This document shows, piece after piece, positions 27,724 to 36,382 of a stretch of 64,000 bases of DNA (its first letter is position 1; every line of letters begins with the position of its first letter). The stretch lies in contig DASTFF010000017.1 in the NCBI GenBank assembly GCA_035708865.1, positions 5,952 to 69,951 on the forward strand. Reading direction: 5' to 3'. Under the pieces are notes generated by a model, which was not told where the DNA came from, searched no databases, and saw only the letters and a list, made by a program, of their open reading frames with translations. The position numbers and the translations under genes are program-made. Source of the DNA: Gemmatimonadota bacterium. GTDB lineage: Bacteria; Gemmatimonadota; Gemmatimonadetes; JACCXV01; JAHWKZ01.

Positions 27724-29150
27724 CGCCGGGCGACGCGGTCACCGCCCAGGCCACCCTCGGAAGGGAGCTCGTCCAGGATCTGGTCGTCCTTCTGCGGGCG
27801 GCCCAGCTCTACGACCCAGGCAACACCGCGCTGGAGACGGCGGCCGAGAAGCTCACGGCCGGACTGAGGGAGCTCAGGCGGATCGAGGGCGCCGCGCGTC
27901 TCGAGGTGGGAGGCGACCTGATCCTGGTGAACGGCGAGCGGATCCGGAGCGAGCTCCGGAGCCGGGCCATCCACGAGCATCTGCGGCGGATCGCCTTGGA
28001 GCGGGGCGTGGGCGGGTTCGAATGGCACGCCGATCCGGACACCTCGACGGTGGCTCGGCTGGCCCGCATCGTGGGACGCCAGGACGGACCCTCGGGCGTC
28101 GAGGGGCTGGCGGCCGCGCTCGACGAGGCCGGCGTCGCCGAGGTGGAGGTCCTCCCCCCGTTCGAAGAGACGGTGGGCGGGGAGACGGACGAGGGGTCGC
28201 GCGAGCGTGCCGAGCGCACATACCGCCACAGCGTGGCCGTCGTCCGCAACACGATGGAGAGCGTCCGGGCAGGCGGCGTGCTCCAGCGGTACCGCGTCCG
28301 GCGCGCCGTCCAGTCGATCGTGGATCAGGTGCTGCGGGACGAGCTCCTGCTGATCGGCCTGACCTGCCTGCGCGACTACGACGAGCCGACGTTCACCCAC
28401 AGCGTCAACGTCTGCATCTTCTCGGTCTCGCTCGGACAGCGGATCGGGCTGTCGAGGCTCGAGCTGTACGACCTCGGGCTGGCCGCGCTGCTCCACGACA
28501 TCGGCAAGGTCGACGTGCCGCACGAGGTGCTCAACAAGGCCGGTAACCTGACCGAGGAGGAGTGGCGCCTCATGCGTCGCCACACGGCCTTCGGTCCGTG
28601 GCGTCTGCTCGCCGAGCGGCCGTCGGGCTCGATCCCGGTGCACGAGATGCTGGTGGCGTTCGAGCACCACCTGAACCTGGACCTGTCCGGCTACCCGACG
28701 CTGATCGCCCCGCGGCGCCTCAGCTTCTACAGCAAGATCGTGGAGATCGCCGACGCGTTCGACGCCGGAACGACGCCGCGCGTGTACAAGACCGATCCGA
28801 TCACGCCGGCCGAGATGGTGCGGATCCTGGAGAAGGGAGCGGGAACGCGGTTCGACCCCGTCCTCGTGAAGGCGTTCATCGGGCTGCTCGGGATCTATCC
28901 GGTCGGTTGCGTGTGCCTCCTCGACACCGGCGAGATCGCGGTCGTCGTCGCTCCCGATACCGACATCCGCAACGTCGAGCGGCCGCGCGTCCGGTTGGTC
29001 GTCGGCGCGGACGGGGAGCGCTTCGACGGGCCGGTCGTGAGCCTCGCGGAAAGGCAGGAGGACGGCACCTTCCCGCGCTCGGTGGCGCGGGTGGTCGACC
29101 CCGAGCGGTATGGCATCGATCCGGCGCGTCACTTCGTCCTGAACCCGTGA
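27720..29150 (+). CDS. HD-GYP domain phosphodiesterase
   Basis: TFTHSVNV, LLHDIGK, LTEEEW.LMRRH, EHHLNLDLSGYP, IADAFDA, FDPVLVKAF, YPVG C-terminal domain. Confidence 0.9.
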   Translation: MTPGDAVTAQATLGRELVQDLVVLLRAAQLYDPGNTALETAAEKLTAGLRELRRIEGAARLEVGGDLILVNGERIRSELRSRAIHEHLRRIALERGVGGFEWHADPDTSTVARLARIVGRQDGPSGVEGLAAALDEAGVAEVEVLPPFEETVGGETDEGSRERAERTYRHSVAVVRNTMESVRAGGVLQRYRVRRAVQSIVDQVLRDELLLIGLTCLRDYDEPTFTHSVNVCIFSVSLGQRIGLSRLELYDLGLAALLHDIGKVDVPHEVLNKAGNLTEEEWRLMRRHTAFGPWRLLAERPSGSIPVHEMLVAFEHHLNLDLSGYPTLIAPRRLSFYSKIVEIADAFDAGTTPRVYKTDPITPAEMVRILEKGAGTRFDPVLVKAFIGLLGIYPVGCVCLLDTGEIAVVVAPDTDIRNVERPRVRLVVGADGERFDGPVVSLAERQEDGTFPRSVARVVDPERYGIDPARHFVLNP

Positions 29151-29941
29151 CCGGGAACGCGAGCGACCTCGCCGCCCGGCTGGAAGCGGGCCGGGCCGGC
29201 GGTCGCAAGCTGCTCGTCCCGTTCCTGACGGCGGGCCATCCCGATCTCGCGACGAGCGCGGCCGCCATGGCGGCGATGGCGCGGGCCGGCGTGGACGCGA
29301 TCGAGCTCGGGGTCCCGTTCTCGGACCCGCTCGCCGACGGGCCGGTGGTCGCGGCGGCGGCCGAGCGGGCGCTGGCCAACGGCACGACGCTGGAGCGTGT
29401 CCTGGCGCTGGCCGCGGAACGGCCGGCCGGCGACGCGCCGCTCGTCCTTTTCACCTACCTCAACCCGCTTCATGCCCGCGGCTACGCGCGGACGGCGGCT
29501 GATCTCGCGCGCGCCGGCTTCGCGGGCGCGCTGGTGGCCGATCTTCCCTTCGATGAGGGAGCGGAGGTCCGGAGCGCGCTCGCGGCCGAGGGGTTGCCGC
29601 TGATCGCGCTCGCCGCCCCGACCACGCCGCGCGAGCGATTGCGGGCGCTCGGCCGCGCGGCCCGCGGCTTCGTCTACCTGGTCGCCCGGACCGGCGTGAC
29701 CGGCGCCGGAGCCGGCGCCGACCGGCGGCTGGTCGACCAGGTCCGTATCCTGCGCGAGGAGACGGCGCTGCCGATCGTCGTCGGGTTCGGGATCGCCGAC
29801 GCCGACGCCGCCCGCCAGGCCGCCGACGCGGCCGACGGGATCGTGGTCGGCAGCGCGTTCGTCGAGCGGCTCGAGCGGAGCGGCGTCGCGTCCGCCGTCG
29901 AGTGGATCGCGTCCCTGCGCGAGGCGCTCGACGCGGGCTGA
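29147..29941 (+). CDS. trpA: Tryptophan synthase alpha chain
   Basis: LVPFLTAGHPD, ELGVPFSDPLADGPVV, LFTYLNP, DLP, APTT, GFVY, GVTG, VGFGI, DGIVVGSA; GTG 29147. Confidence 0.96.
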   Translation: MTGNASDLAARLEAGRAGGRKLLVPFLTAGHPDLATSAAAMAAMARAGVDAIELGVPFSDPLADGPVVAAAAERALANGTTLERVLALAAERPAGDAPLVLFTYLNPLHARGYARTAADLARAGFAGALVADLPFDEGAEVRSALAAEGLPLIALAAPTTPRERLRALGRAARGFVYLVARTGVTGAGAGADRRLVDQVRILREETALPIVVGFGIADADAARQAADAADGIVVGSAFVERLERSGVASAVEWIASLREALDAG

Positions 29942-29956
29942 TCCGCAGAGTTCAAA

Positions 29957-29984
29957 TTGACGCACCCGCCGGGGTCGATAAATT
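29957..29984 (+). promoter_or_regulatory. Sigma70-type promoter candidate
   Basis: TTGACG (29957-29962), N16, TAAATT (29979-29984) in an AT-rich gap after trpA. Confidence 0.55.
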
Positions 29985-30054
29985 CCGCCTCACGACCGGA
30001 CGACCCACCGACGCAAGGTTTCCCCAGGGCGGCCCCGCGGCCGCGGAGTGACAC

Positions 30055-30852
30055 TTGGCTCAGCGGTTCGCGCTCAGCATGGCCTTCGCCGACGTCAGCC
30101 GTCAGATCGACCTTCTAGCCGAAAAGGACCTGGGGATCGAGATCACCCTCTTCGACACGGAATGGCTGCTCCACCTGGGACGGACCACGACCGTACGCAA
30201 GCTGGGGGACGAGCTCGCCGAACGCGGCATCGAGGTGACCGCGCACGCGCCTATCTTCGACCTCAACCCCGGGAGCCTCGACCCGGTCGTGCGCAAGCAC
30301 ACGCGGCTATGCTGGGAGAAGGCGATCGGTGTGGCGGGGGCGCTCGGCGCCCGGTACATCAACTTCCACACCGGCCACCTGCCCCTGCTGCCGGCCTCGG
30401 CGTTTCCGGGGTGGACGGCGCTGTCGCTGGAGATCTGGGAGAGGCTCGTCGGGCTGGCGGCGGACGCGGGCATGCGGCTGCTGCTGGAGAACATGTTCGA
30501 GACGACTCCCCGGGTCCTGATCGACCTCCGCGACCAGCTCGACGGCCGGCAGGTCGGGTACACCTTCGATGTCGGCCACGCGCACGTGTACGGAACGGTG
30601 TCGCCGGAGACGTGGTGGGCCGAGCTCGGGAAGGGCATCCTGGAGGTCCACCTGCATGACAACGACACGTTCGGCGACGATCACCTGCCGATCGGGGAAG
30701 GGGCGATCGACTGGAAGCGCACGTTCGACGACCTGTTCCGGCACGCGCCCGACGCCGTCAAGGTGATCGAGCTGCCGGTAGAGGGGGCGATGAAGAGCCT
30801 GACCCGGATCCGGGCCGGCGGCTACGGCGACCGGCAGCTGGAGCTGCTATGA
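30055..30852 (+). CDS. AP endonuclease 2 / xylose-isomerase-like TIM barrel (Endo IV-like metal ligand set)
   Basis: HAPIFDLNPGS, NFHTG, LLENM, FDVGH, VHLHDN..DDHL, VIEL; TTG start after GGAG. Confidence 0.88.
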   Translation: MAQRFALSMAFADVSRQIDLLAEKDLGIEITLFDTEWLLHLGRTTTVRKLGDELAERGIEVTAHAPIFDLNPGSLDPVVRKHTRLCWEKAIGVAGALGARYINFHTGHLPLLPASAFPGWTALSLEIWERLVGLAADAGMRLLLENMFETTPRVLIDLRDQLDGRQVGYTFDVGHAHVYGTVSPETWWAELGKGILEVHLHDNDTFGDDHLPIGEGAIDWKRTFDDLFRHAPDAVKVIELPVEGAMKSLTRIRAGGYGDRQLELL

Positions 30853-33800
30853 GGATCGCGCGCGGCCTTCTGGCCACGTTCCTGGTGGTGGCGCTGGCCG
30901 GGGCCGGGGTGCCGGCCGGCCCGACGGGGGCCAGGGAGCGGGTCATCATCCGGCTGGCCGACCGCTCGGCCCGGCTGTCGCTCATGGCCTCGGTGCGCGG
31001 CCCGGCCATGACGCTGGACCTCCGTCACGAGCGGGTGGTCACCGGCCTCCGCGCGATCCACGCCGCCAGCTACCGCGCCGTCGGGGATGCGCTGGCCGAC
31101 GCGCGCAGCCAGGGCGCGCTGACCGAGCTCGACCGGCTGTGGATCGTCAACGCCGTCGTTGCCGAGATCGACTCCGAATGGGTCGAGCGGCTGGCCGCCG
31201 ACCCCGCGGTGGCAGAGATCGTTCCCGACCGCCGGATCACCCTGGGCGCGGCCGTCGCCGGCCCGGTGGCGGCCGACGCGACGGCCTCCCAACCGGCCGA
31301 CGACCTGGTCCGGATCCGCGTGCCCGAGGTGTGGGCCCAGGGGCTGACCGGCCGCGGCGCGATCGTCGCCAACGTGGACTCGGGAGTCAACGGCGAGGAC
31401 GACACCTTCGGGGACCGCTGGCGCGGGCGGCTGGCGGGGAGCGACGCGACGTGGTTCGCGCCCGTCTCCCTCACCGTCTTCCCCGAAGACGACTTCTCGA
31501 TCGGGTCGGGGCACGGCACCGCCACGCTCGGGGTCATGACCGGGGGCGACGAGACGTACGGGGTGGCGTTCGACGCGACCTGGATCGCGGCCGACGTGTT
31601 CGACGAGGGGGAAGGGTACGTCTCCAACGTGCTCAAGTCGTTCGAGTGGCTGAGCGATCCGGACGGCGATCCCACCACCTTCTCGGACGTCCCCGACGTC
31701 GTCAACAACTCGTACGGCCTGACGACGCTGGACGACCAGGGGCAACTCCCGTGCGACATGATCTTCGACGATGCGATCGACGCCCTGGAGGCGGCCGGCG
31801 CGATCGTCGTCTGGTCGGCGGGGAACGAGGGCCCTCTGGGGATCACCTCGCCGGCGGGTCGCGCGGACTCGCCGGTCAACGCGTTCGCCGTCGGGTCCGT
31901 GAACGCCAACGACCAGGTGTCGCTGAGGTCCGGACGTGGCCCCTCCGCCTGCGGGGGGGCGTTCGCAACCAAGCCCGAGGTGGTGGCTCCCGGCGAGAAC
32001 GTCACGACTCGCAACCTCTTCAACCAGTTCACGTCGGTGAGCGGGACCTCGTTCGCGACCCCGATGGCGGCCGGCGTGCTGGCGATCATGCGCTCGAAGA
32101 ACCCCCAGCTGACCCCCGAGGGGGCGAAGACGATCCTGCTCGAGACCGCCCGGGATCTGGGCGCCCCCGGTGACGACAACGAGACCGGGCGCGGGATGAT
32201 CGACGCGGCGGCCGCGCTTGCGCAGGTCGAGGCCCCGGCACAGCCGATCGCCCGGCTGATCGGCTTCCGGCCGGGGGTCCAGGCGATGGGGAAGCTGGTC
32301 CCCGCGGGGATCGAGGACGCGCTCGTCCTGAGCCCCGGTGCGACGCACGTCCTGGCGCCCGTCCTCACGAACCATGGCCCGGCCATCCCCGCCACGACGG
32401 CGACCCTGTCCAGCCCGACAGCGGGGGTCACCGTCACCGACGCCACCGTCGAGCTGGCCGCGGCCGGAACCGGCGACGCGGTGGATCCGGGCGCGGACAC
32501 GTTCGAGCTGCGGCTCGAGGGAAGCGTCGAGGCCGGCTCCGCGGTCGTCCTGGAGGTGGCCGTCCAGGGAGCGCCGGTCGGCCCGTTCCGCATGATCATC
32601 AAGGCCGGCCAGCCGATCGCCAGAAGCTTCGCCACCCACGACGAGGGCGACGTGCGCCTCACGGTGACCAACTTCGGGGGGCTGGGTTTCTACACCGGGC
32701 TCCATCAGAGCGGCTTCCGGCTCGTGGGCGACGGGTTCCGGTTCCCGGCCGACGGCCCCAACAGGCTCTTCCACGGGGGGTTCCTCGCGGGCGTCGCGGC
32801 GGACCGCCTCTCCGACGCCGTGCCGTATGGCGAGGACACGCAGAACTCGACAGACTGGTTTCCGCTCCCCGGCGCCGAGCTCGTCGAGGACCGGGCCTTC
32901 GACGCTGAGCGTATCGTCGCCGAGTACGACGACCGGCACGCGATCCGCCCGCTGGGCCTTCAGGTTCGGCAGGAGTCGTTCGCCTTCGGCGGCGGCGGTG
33001 GAGAGGGCGCTTTCGTGATCCTCCAGTACGTGCTCACGAACAAGGGCTCGCAGAACCTGGGCGGCGTCCGGTCCGCTCTGTTCCTTGACTGGGACCTGCC
33101 CGGAACCGGGAGCGAGCCCGCCGAGACCGCCGGCTGGGACCCCGGCAGGCGGCTAGGGTTCGTCGAAGGGTCGGCGAGCGAGCCGGCCCTCGGAGTGGTC
33201 TGGCTCGACGACGCGCCGATCGCGCAGATCGGCTATGCGACCACGACCCGCGAGGAAGTCGTCGAGAGCACGCTCGGCAATCCCACCAACGCCCGTACCG
33301 TCGGCGGCGCCGAGGCGCCCGACTTGTTCGCCGGGGAGTTTTCCGACGCGGAGAAGTGGGAACTCATGACGAGCGGACAGTCCCGGACCACGGTCACCCA
33401 GCCCGCCGACGTCTTCCAGCTGATCGGGCGGGGGCCCCTGGCGATCGCGGCCGGCGCGACCGACACCGTCGCCGTGGCGCTCGTAGCCGGCGATGACCGG
33501 ACGGCGCTCCAGGCCGCGGCCGAGACCGCGCGGGCGGTGTACTTCGAACGCATCCTCGGGCAGGACCCTCCCGGCCCCGGCCCCGTGCCGGGGGAGATCG
33601 AGCTGGCCCAGAACTTCCCGAACCCGTTCCGTGCCGGCGGGGTGACGACGATCCCATTCAGCGTCCCCGCGGGGAGCGACGGCCGGCCGGGGCGACTGAT
33701 CGTGTACGACCTTCTCGGCCGGCGGGTGAGGATTCTCCTCGACGAGGCGGTGGGCGCCGGCGAGCGGGCGGCCACCTGGGACGGCCGAGCCGACAGCGGC

Positions 33801-33884
33801 GCCGAGGTCGCGGCCGGGGTCTACGTGGCCCGCCTTTCTATCGACGGGACCGACCGCACGATCCGGATCCTGGTCGTGCCCTGA
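30849..33884 (+). CDS. Secreted S8 (subtilase) protease with C-terminal FlgD-Ig/sorting-like domain
   Basis: Signal peptide, I9-like prodomain, triad ANVDSG / GHGT / GTSFATP; tail QNFPNPF..YDLLGRRV..WDG..GVY. Confidence 0.92.
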   Translation: MRIARGLLATFLVVALAGAGVPAGPTGARERVIIRLADRSARLSLMASVRGPAMTLDLRHERVVTGLRAIHAASYRAVGDALADARSQGALTELDRLWIVNAVVAEIDSEWVERLAADPAVAEIVPDRRITLGAAVAGPVAADATASQPADDLVRIRVPEVWAQGLTGRGAIVANVDSGVNGEDDTFGDRWRGRLAGSDATWFAPVSLTVFPEDDFSIGSGHGTATLGVMTGGDETYGVAFDATWIAADVFDEGEGYVSNVLKSFEWLSDPDGDPTTFSDVPDVVNNSYGLTTLDDQGQLPCDMIFDDAIDALEAAGAIVVWSAGNEGPLGITSPAGRADSPVNAFAVGSVNANDQVSLRSGRGPSACGGAFATKPEVVAPGENVTTRNLFNQFTSVSGTSFATPMAAGVLAIMRSKNPQLTPEGAKTILLETARDLGAPGDDNETGRGMIDAAAALAQVEAPAQPIARLIGFRPGVQAMGKLVPAGIEDALVLSPGATHVLAPVLTNHGPAIPATTATLSSPTAGVTVTDATVELAAAGTGDAVDPGADTFELRLEGSVEAGSAVVLEVAVQGAPVGPFRMIIKAGQPIARSFATHDEGDVRLTVTNFGGLGFYTGLHQSGFRLVGDGFRFPADGPNRLFHGGFLAGVAADRLSDAVPYGEDTQNSTDWFPLPGAELVEDRAFDAERIVAEYDDRHAIRPLGLQVRQESFAFGGGGGEGAFVILQYVLTNKGSQNLGGVRSALFLDWDLPGTGSEPAETAGWDPGRRLGFVEGSASEPALGVVWLDDAPIAQIGYATTTREEVVESTLGNPTNARTVGGAEAPDLFAGEFSDAEKWELMTSGQSRTTVTQPADVFQLIGRGPLAIAAGATDTVAVALVAGDDRTALQAAAETARAVYFERILGQDPPGPGPVPGEIELAQNFPNPFRAGGVTTIPFSVPAGSDGRPGRLIVYDLLGRRVRILLDEAVGAGERAATWDGRADSGAEVAAGVYVARLSIDGTDRTIRILVVP

Positions 33885-33886
33885 CC

Positions 33887-34249
33887 GTGGACACGATCCG
33901 CCTGACCGGCATGCGCTTCTTCGCCCTGGTGGGCGACCTCCCCCACGAGCGCGAGATCCCGCAGCCGATCGAGGTGGACCTCGAGGTCGAAGCCGACCTC
34001 CATCGTGCGGCCACCACCGACGATCTCCGGGAAGGCGTCGACTACCGGCACCTCCACGCGGCGGTGGCCGCGACGATGAGTGAGGACGCGCGCGAGGCCC
34101 CGCATCTCCTGGAGACCCTCGGCGAGCGGATCGCCGGCCGCGTCCTCGCAATCGAGGGTGTCGAGCGGGTCGTGGTCCGGTGCCGTAAGCCGTGGGCCGC
34201 GCTCGGTGGACCGCTCGACTCCGTCGAGGTCCAGATCGAGCGGCCGTGA
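33887..34249 (+). CDS. folB: Dihydroneopterin aldolase
   Basis: I.LTGMRF..GDLPHERE..Q..EVDL, DDL..GVDY, LLETL.E.IA, KP.A. Confidence 0.92.
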   Translation: MDTIRLTGMRFFALVGDLPHEREIPQPIEVDLEVEADLHRAATTDDLREGVDYRHLHAAVAATMSEDAREAPHLLETLGERIAGRVLAIEGVERVVVRCRKPWAALGGPLDSVEVQIERP

Positions 34250-34713
34250 ACGCCGGCCGCGCCGCCCGCGCGTTCCTGAGCCTGGGATCCAACCTCGGCG
34301 ACCGCGAGCGGAGGATGGGCGACGCGCGGGCCGCGCTGATCGCCGAGCCCGACGTCCAGCTCGTCTCCTGTTCGGCCACGATCGAGACCGATCCGGTGGA
34401 CGTCCTCGATCAGCCGCGTTTCCTGAACCAGGTGCTGGGGATCGAGACCCCTCTCGACGCCCGCGGGCTGCTCGACGTGTGCCTGCGGATCGAGCGCGAC
34501 CTCGGGCGGGACCGGAAGGCTGGGCCGCCGCGCGGGCCGCGGACCATCGACATCGACCTCCTCCTCTACGGCGGCCGGGAGATCGACGAGCCGGGCCTTA
34601 CGATCCCGCACCCCCGGCTGGCGGAGCGCGGGTTCTTCCTCGACCTCTGCCGGCAGGCGGGCGCGCCGCCGGCGTGGCTCCCCGGACGGACACGCGAGCC
34701 GAGGCCCACGTGA
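34246..34713 (+). CDS. folK: 6-hydroxymethyl-7,8-dihydropterin pyrophosphokinase
   Basis: FLSLGSNLGDR, ET.PV, QPRFLN.V, IER.LGR, PRTIDIDLL, IPHPRL.ER.F. Confidence 0.95.
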   Translation: MNAGRAARAFLSLGSNLGDRERRMGDARAALIAEPDVQLVSCSATIETDPVDVLDQPRFLNQVLGIETPLDARGLLDVCLRIERDLGRDRKAGPPRGPRTIDIDLLLYGGREIDEPGLTIPHPRLAERGFFLDLCRQAGAPPAWLPGRTREPRPT

Positions 34714-35531
34714 GCCCGGCGGCGGGCAGCGACGGACCGGCGAACGTCCGGACCTTCTTGACCATGAAGGCTGCTGGACGGAAGATCGTCTTCCTGACCG
34801 CCTATGACTGGCTGCTGGCGCGCTACCTGGCGGCTTCCGGCGTCGACGGGATCCTGGTCGGCGACAGCGTGGGCCAGGTCTTCGCCGGCCATCCGACCAC
34901 GATTCCGGTGACGCTCGACGAGATGATCTACCACGCCCGCGCCGTCCGCCGCGGGGCGCCGGCGAGCTTCCTGGTTGTCGACATGCCCTTTCTGTCGTTC
35001 CAGATCTCGGCCGAGGAGACGCTGAGGAACGCCGGCCGGGTCCTCAAGGAGACGGGCGCCGAGGCGGTCAAACTGGAGGGCGGTCGGCGGGTCGCGGATA
35101 CGGTGCGGCGGCTGGTCGAGAGCGGGATCCCGGTCATGGGCCATCTCGGCCTGACCCCCCAATCGGTGCACGCTTTTGGGGGCTACGGCCTGCGGGCCGC
35201 GGAGGATCGCGAGGCGAGCGAGCTGGTCGAGGACGCGCGCGCCCTCTCGGACGCCGGCGCGTTCGCGATCGTCCTCGAGAAGATCCCGCGCGCGCTGGCG
35301 TCGCGGGTGACCGTCAACGTCGCCGCGCCGACGATCGGGATCGGGGCCGGCGCCGGCACAGACGGGCAGGTTCTGGTGACCTACGATCTGCTCGGGCTGA
35401 CCCCCGATTTCCGGCCCCGCTTCGTCCGCCGCTACGCGGATCTGGACCGGACGATAGGGGACGCGCTGACGCGCTTCGTGGCCGAGGTGCGGGAGGGGGC
35501 GTTCCCCGGAGATGCCGAGTCGTGGCCGTGA
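34710..35531 (+). CDS. panB: 3-methyl-2-oxobutanoate hydroxymethyltransferase
   Basis: LTAYD, LVGDS, VDMPFLS, VKLEGG, MGHLGLTPQS, TIGIGAG, DGQVLV. Confidence 0.96.
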   Translation: MSPAAGSDGPANVRTFLTMKAAGRKIVFLTAYDWLLARYLAASGVDGILVGDSVGQVFAGHPTTIPVTLDEMIYHARAVRRGAPASFLVVDMPFLSFQISAEETLRNAGRVLKETGAEAVKLEGGRRVADTVRRLVESGIPVMGHLGLTPQSVHAFGGYGLRAAEDREASELVEDARALSDAGAFAIVLEKIPRALASRVTVNVAAPTIGIGAGAGTDGQVLVTYDLLGLTPDFRPRFVRRYADLDRTIGDALTRFVAEVREGAFPGDAESWP

Positions 35532-36382
35532 GCCGGATCGGGACGGTGGTCGAGTGCCGGGCGGAGGTGGCGCGCGCGCGGAAGGCCGGCCACCGGATCG
35601 GGTTCGTTCCCACCATGGGGGCGCTTCACGAGGGGCACCTCTCGCTCGTCGACGAGGCGCGTGAGAGGAGCGAGTGGGTGGTGCTGTCGGTGTTCGTGAA
35701 CCCTCTCCAGTTCGGACCCGGCGAGGACCTCGAGCGCTATCCGCGGGATCCCGACCGGGACGCGCGGCTGGCGGCCGGCCGCGGCGTCGACCTCGTGTTC
35801 GAGCCGCCGCTGGAGGAGATGCTTTCGCGCCCGCTCGCGACCCGGGTGACGATGCGGGGGATCACCGACGACTTCGAAGGCAAGGCGCGGCCCGGGCACT
35901 TCGACGGCGTCCTCACGATCGTGACCAAGCTCTTCCACATCGTCCAGCCGGACGTGGCGGTGTTCGGGCAGAAGGACGCGCAGCAGGCGGCGGCCGTCCG
36001 GCGGCTCGTCCAGGACCTGGACTTTCCGGTCGAGATCGTGGTCGTCCCGATCGTCCGCGACCTGGACGGCGTCGCCCTCTCGAGCCGGAACCTCTACCTC
36101 TCCGAGGAGGAGCGCAGGAGCGCGCGCAGCCTGTCGCAGGCGCTGGCCGCCGCGCGGTCGGCGGTCGAGGAAGGCGAGAGGGACACGGGCCGGATCGAGC
36201 GCGCCATGCTCGATCTGATGGAGGCGGCACCCGGCGTCGCGGTCGAGTACGCCGCCGTCGTCGATCCGGAACAGTTCACCCGGCTCGGGCGGATCGAGGG
36301 CCCGGCGCTGGCGGTGGTCGCCGCGCGTGCCGGTGGGACGCGCCTCATCGACAACGCGGTCCTGACACCCGATGACGGCTGA
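35522..36382 (+). CDS. panC: Pantoate--beta-alanine ligase
   Basis: VPTMGALHEGHLSL, SVFVNPLQF, RPGHFDGV, FGQKDAQQ, ALSSRN, RLIDN. May start at GTG 35528. Confidence 0.96.
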   Translation: MAVSRIGTVVECRAEVARARKAGHRIGFVPTMGALHEGHLSLVDEARERSEWVVLSVFVNPLQFGPGEDLERYPRDPDRDARLAAGRGVDLVFEPPLEEMLSRPLATRVTMRGITDDFEGKARPGHFDGVLTIVTKLFHIVQPDVAVFGQKDAQQAAAVRRLVQDLDFPVEIVVVPIVRDLDGVALSSRNLYLSEEERRSARSLSQALAAARSAVEEGERDTGRIERAMLDLMEAAPGVAVEYAAVVDPEQFTRLGRIEGPALAVVAARAGGTRLIDNAVLTPDDG

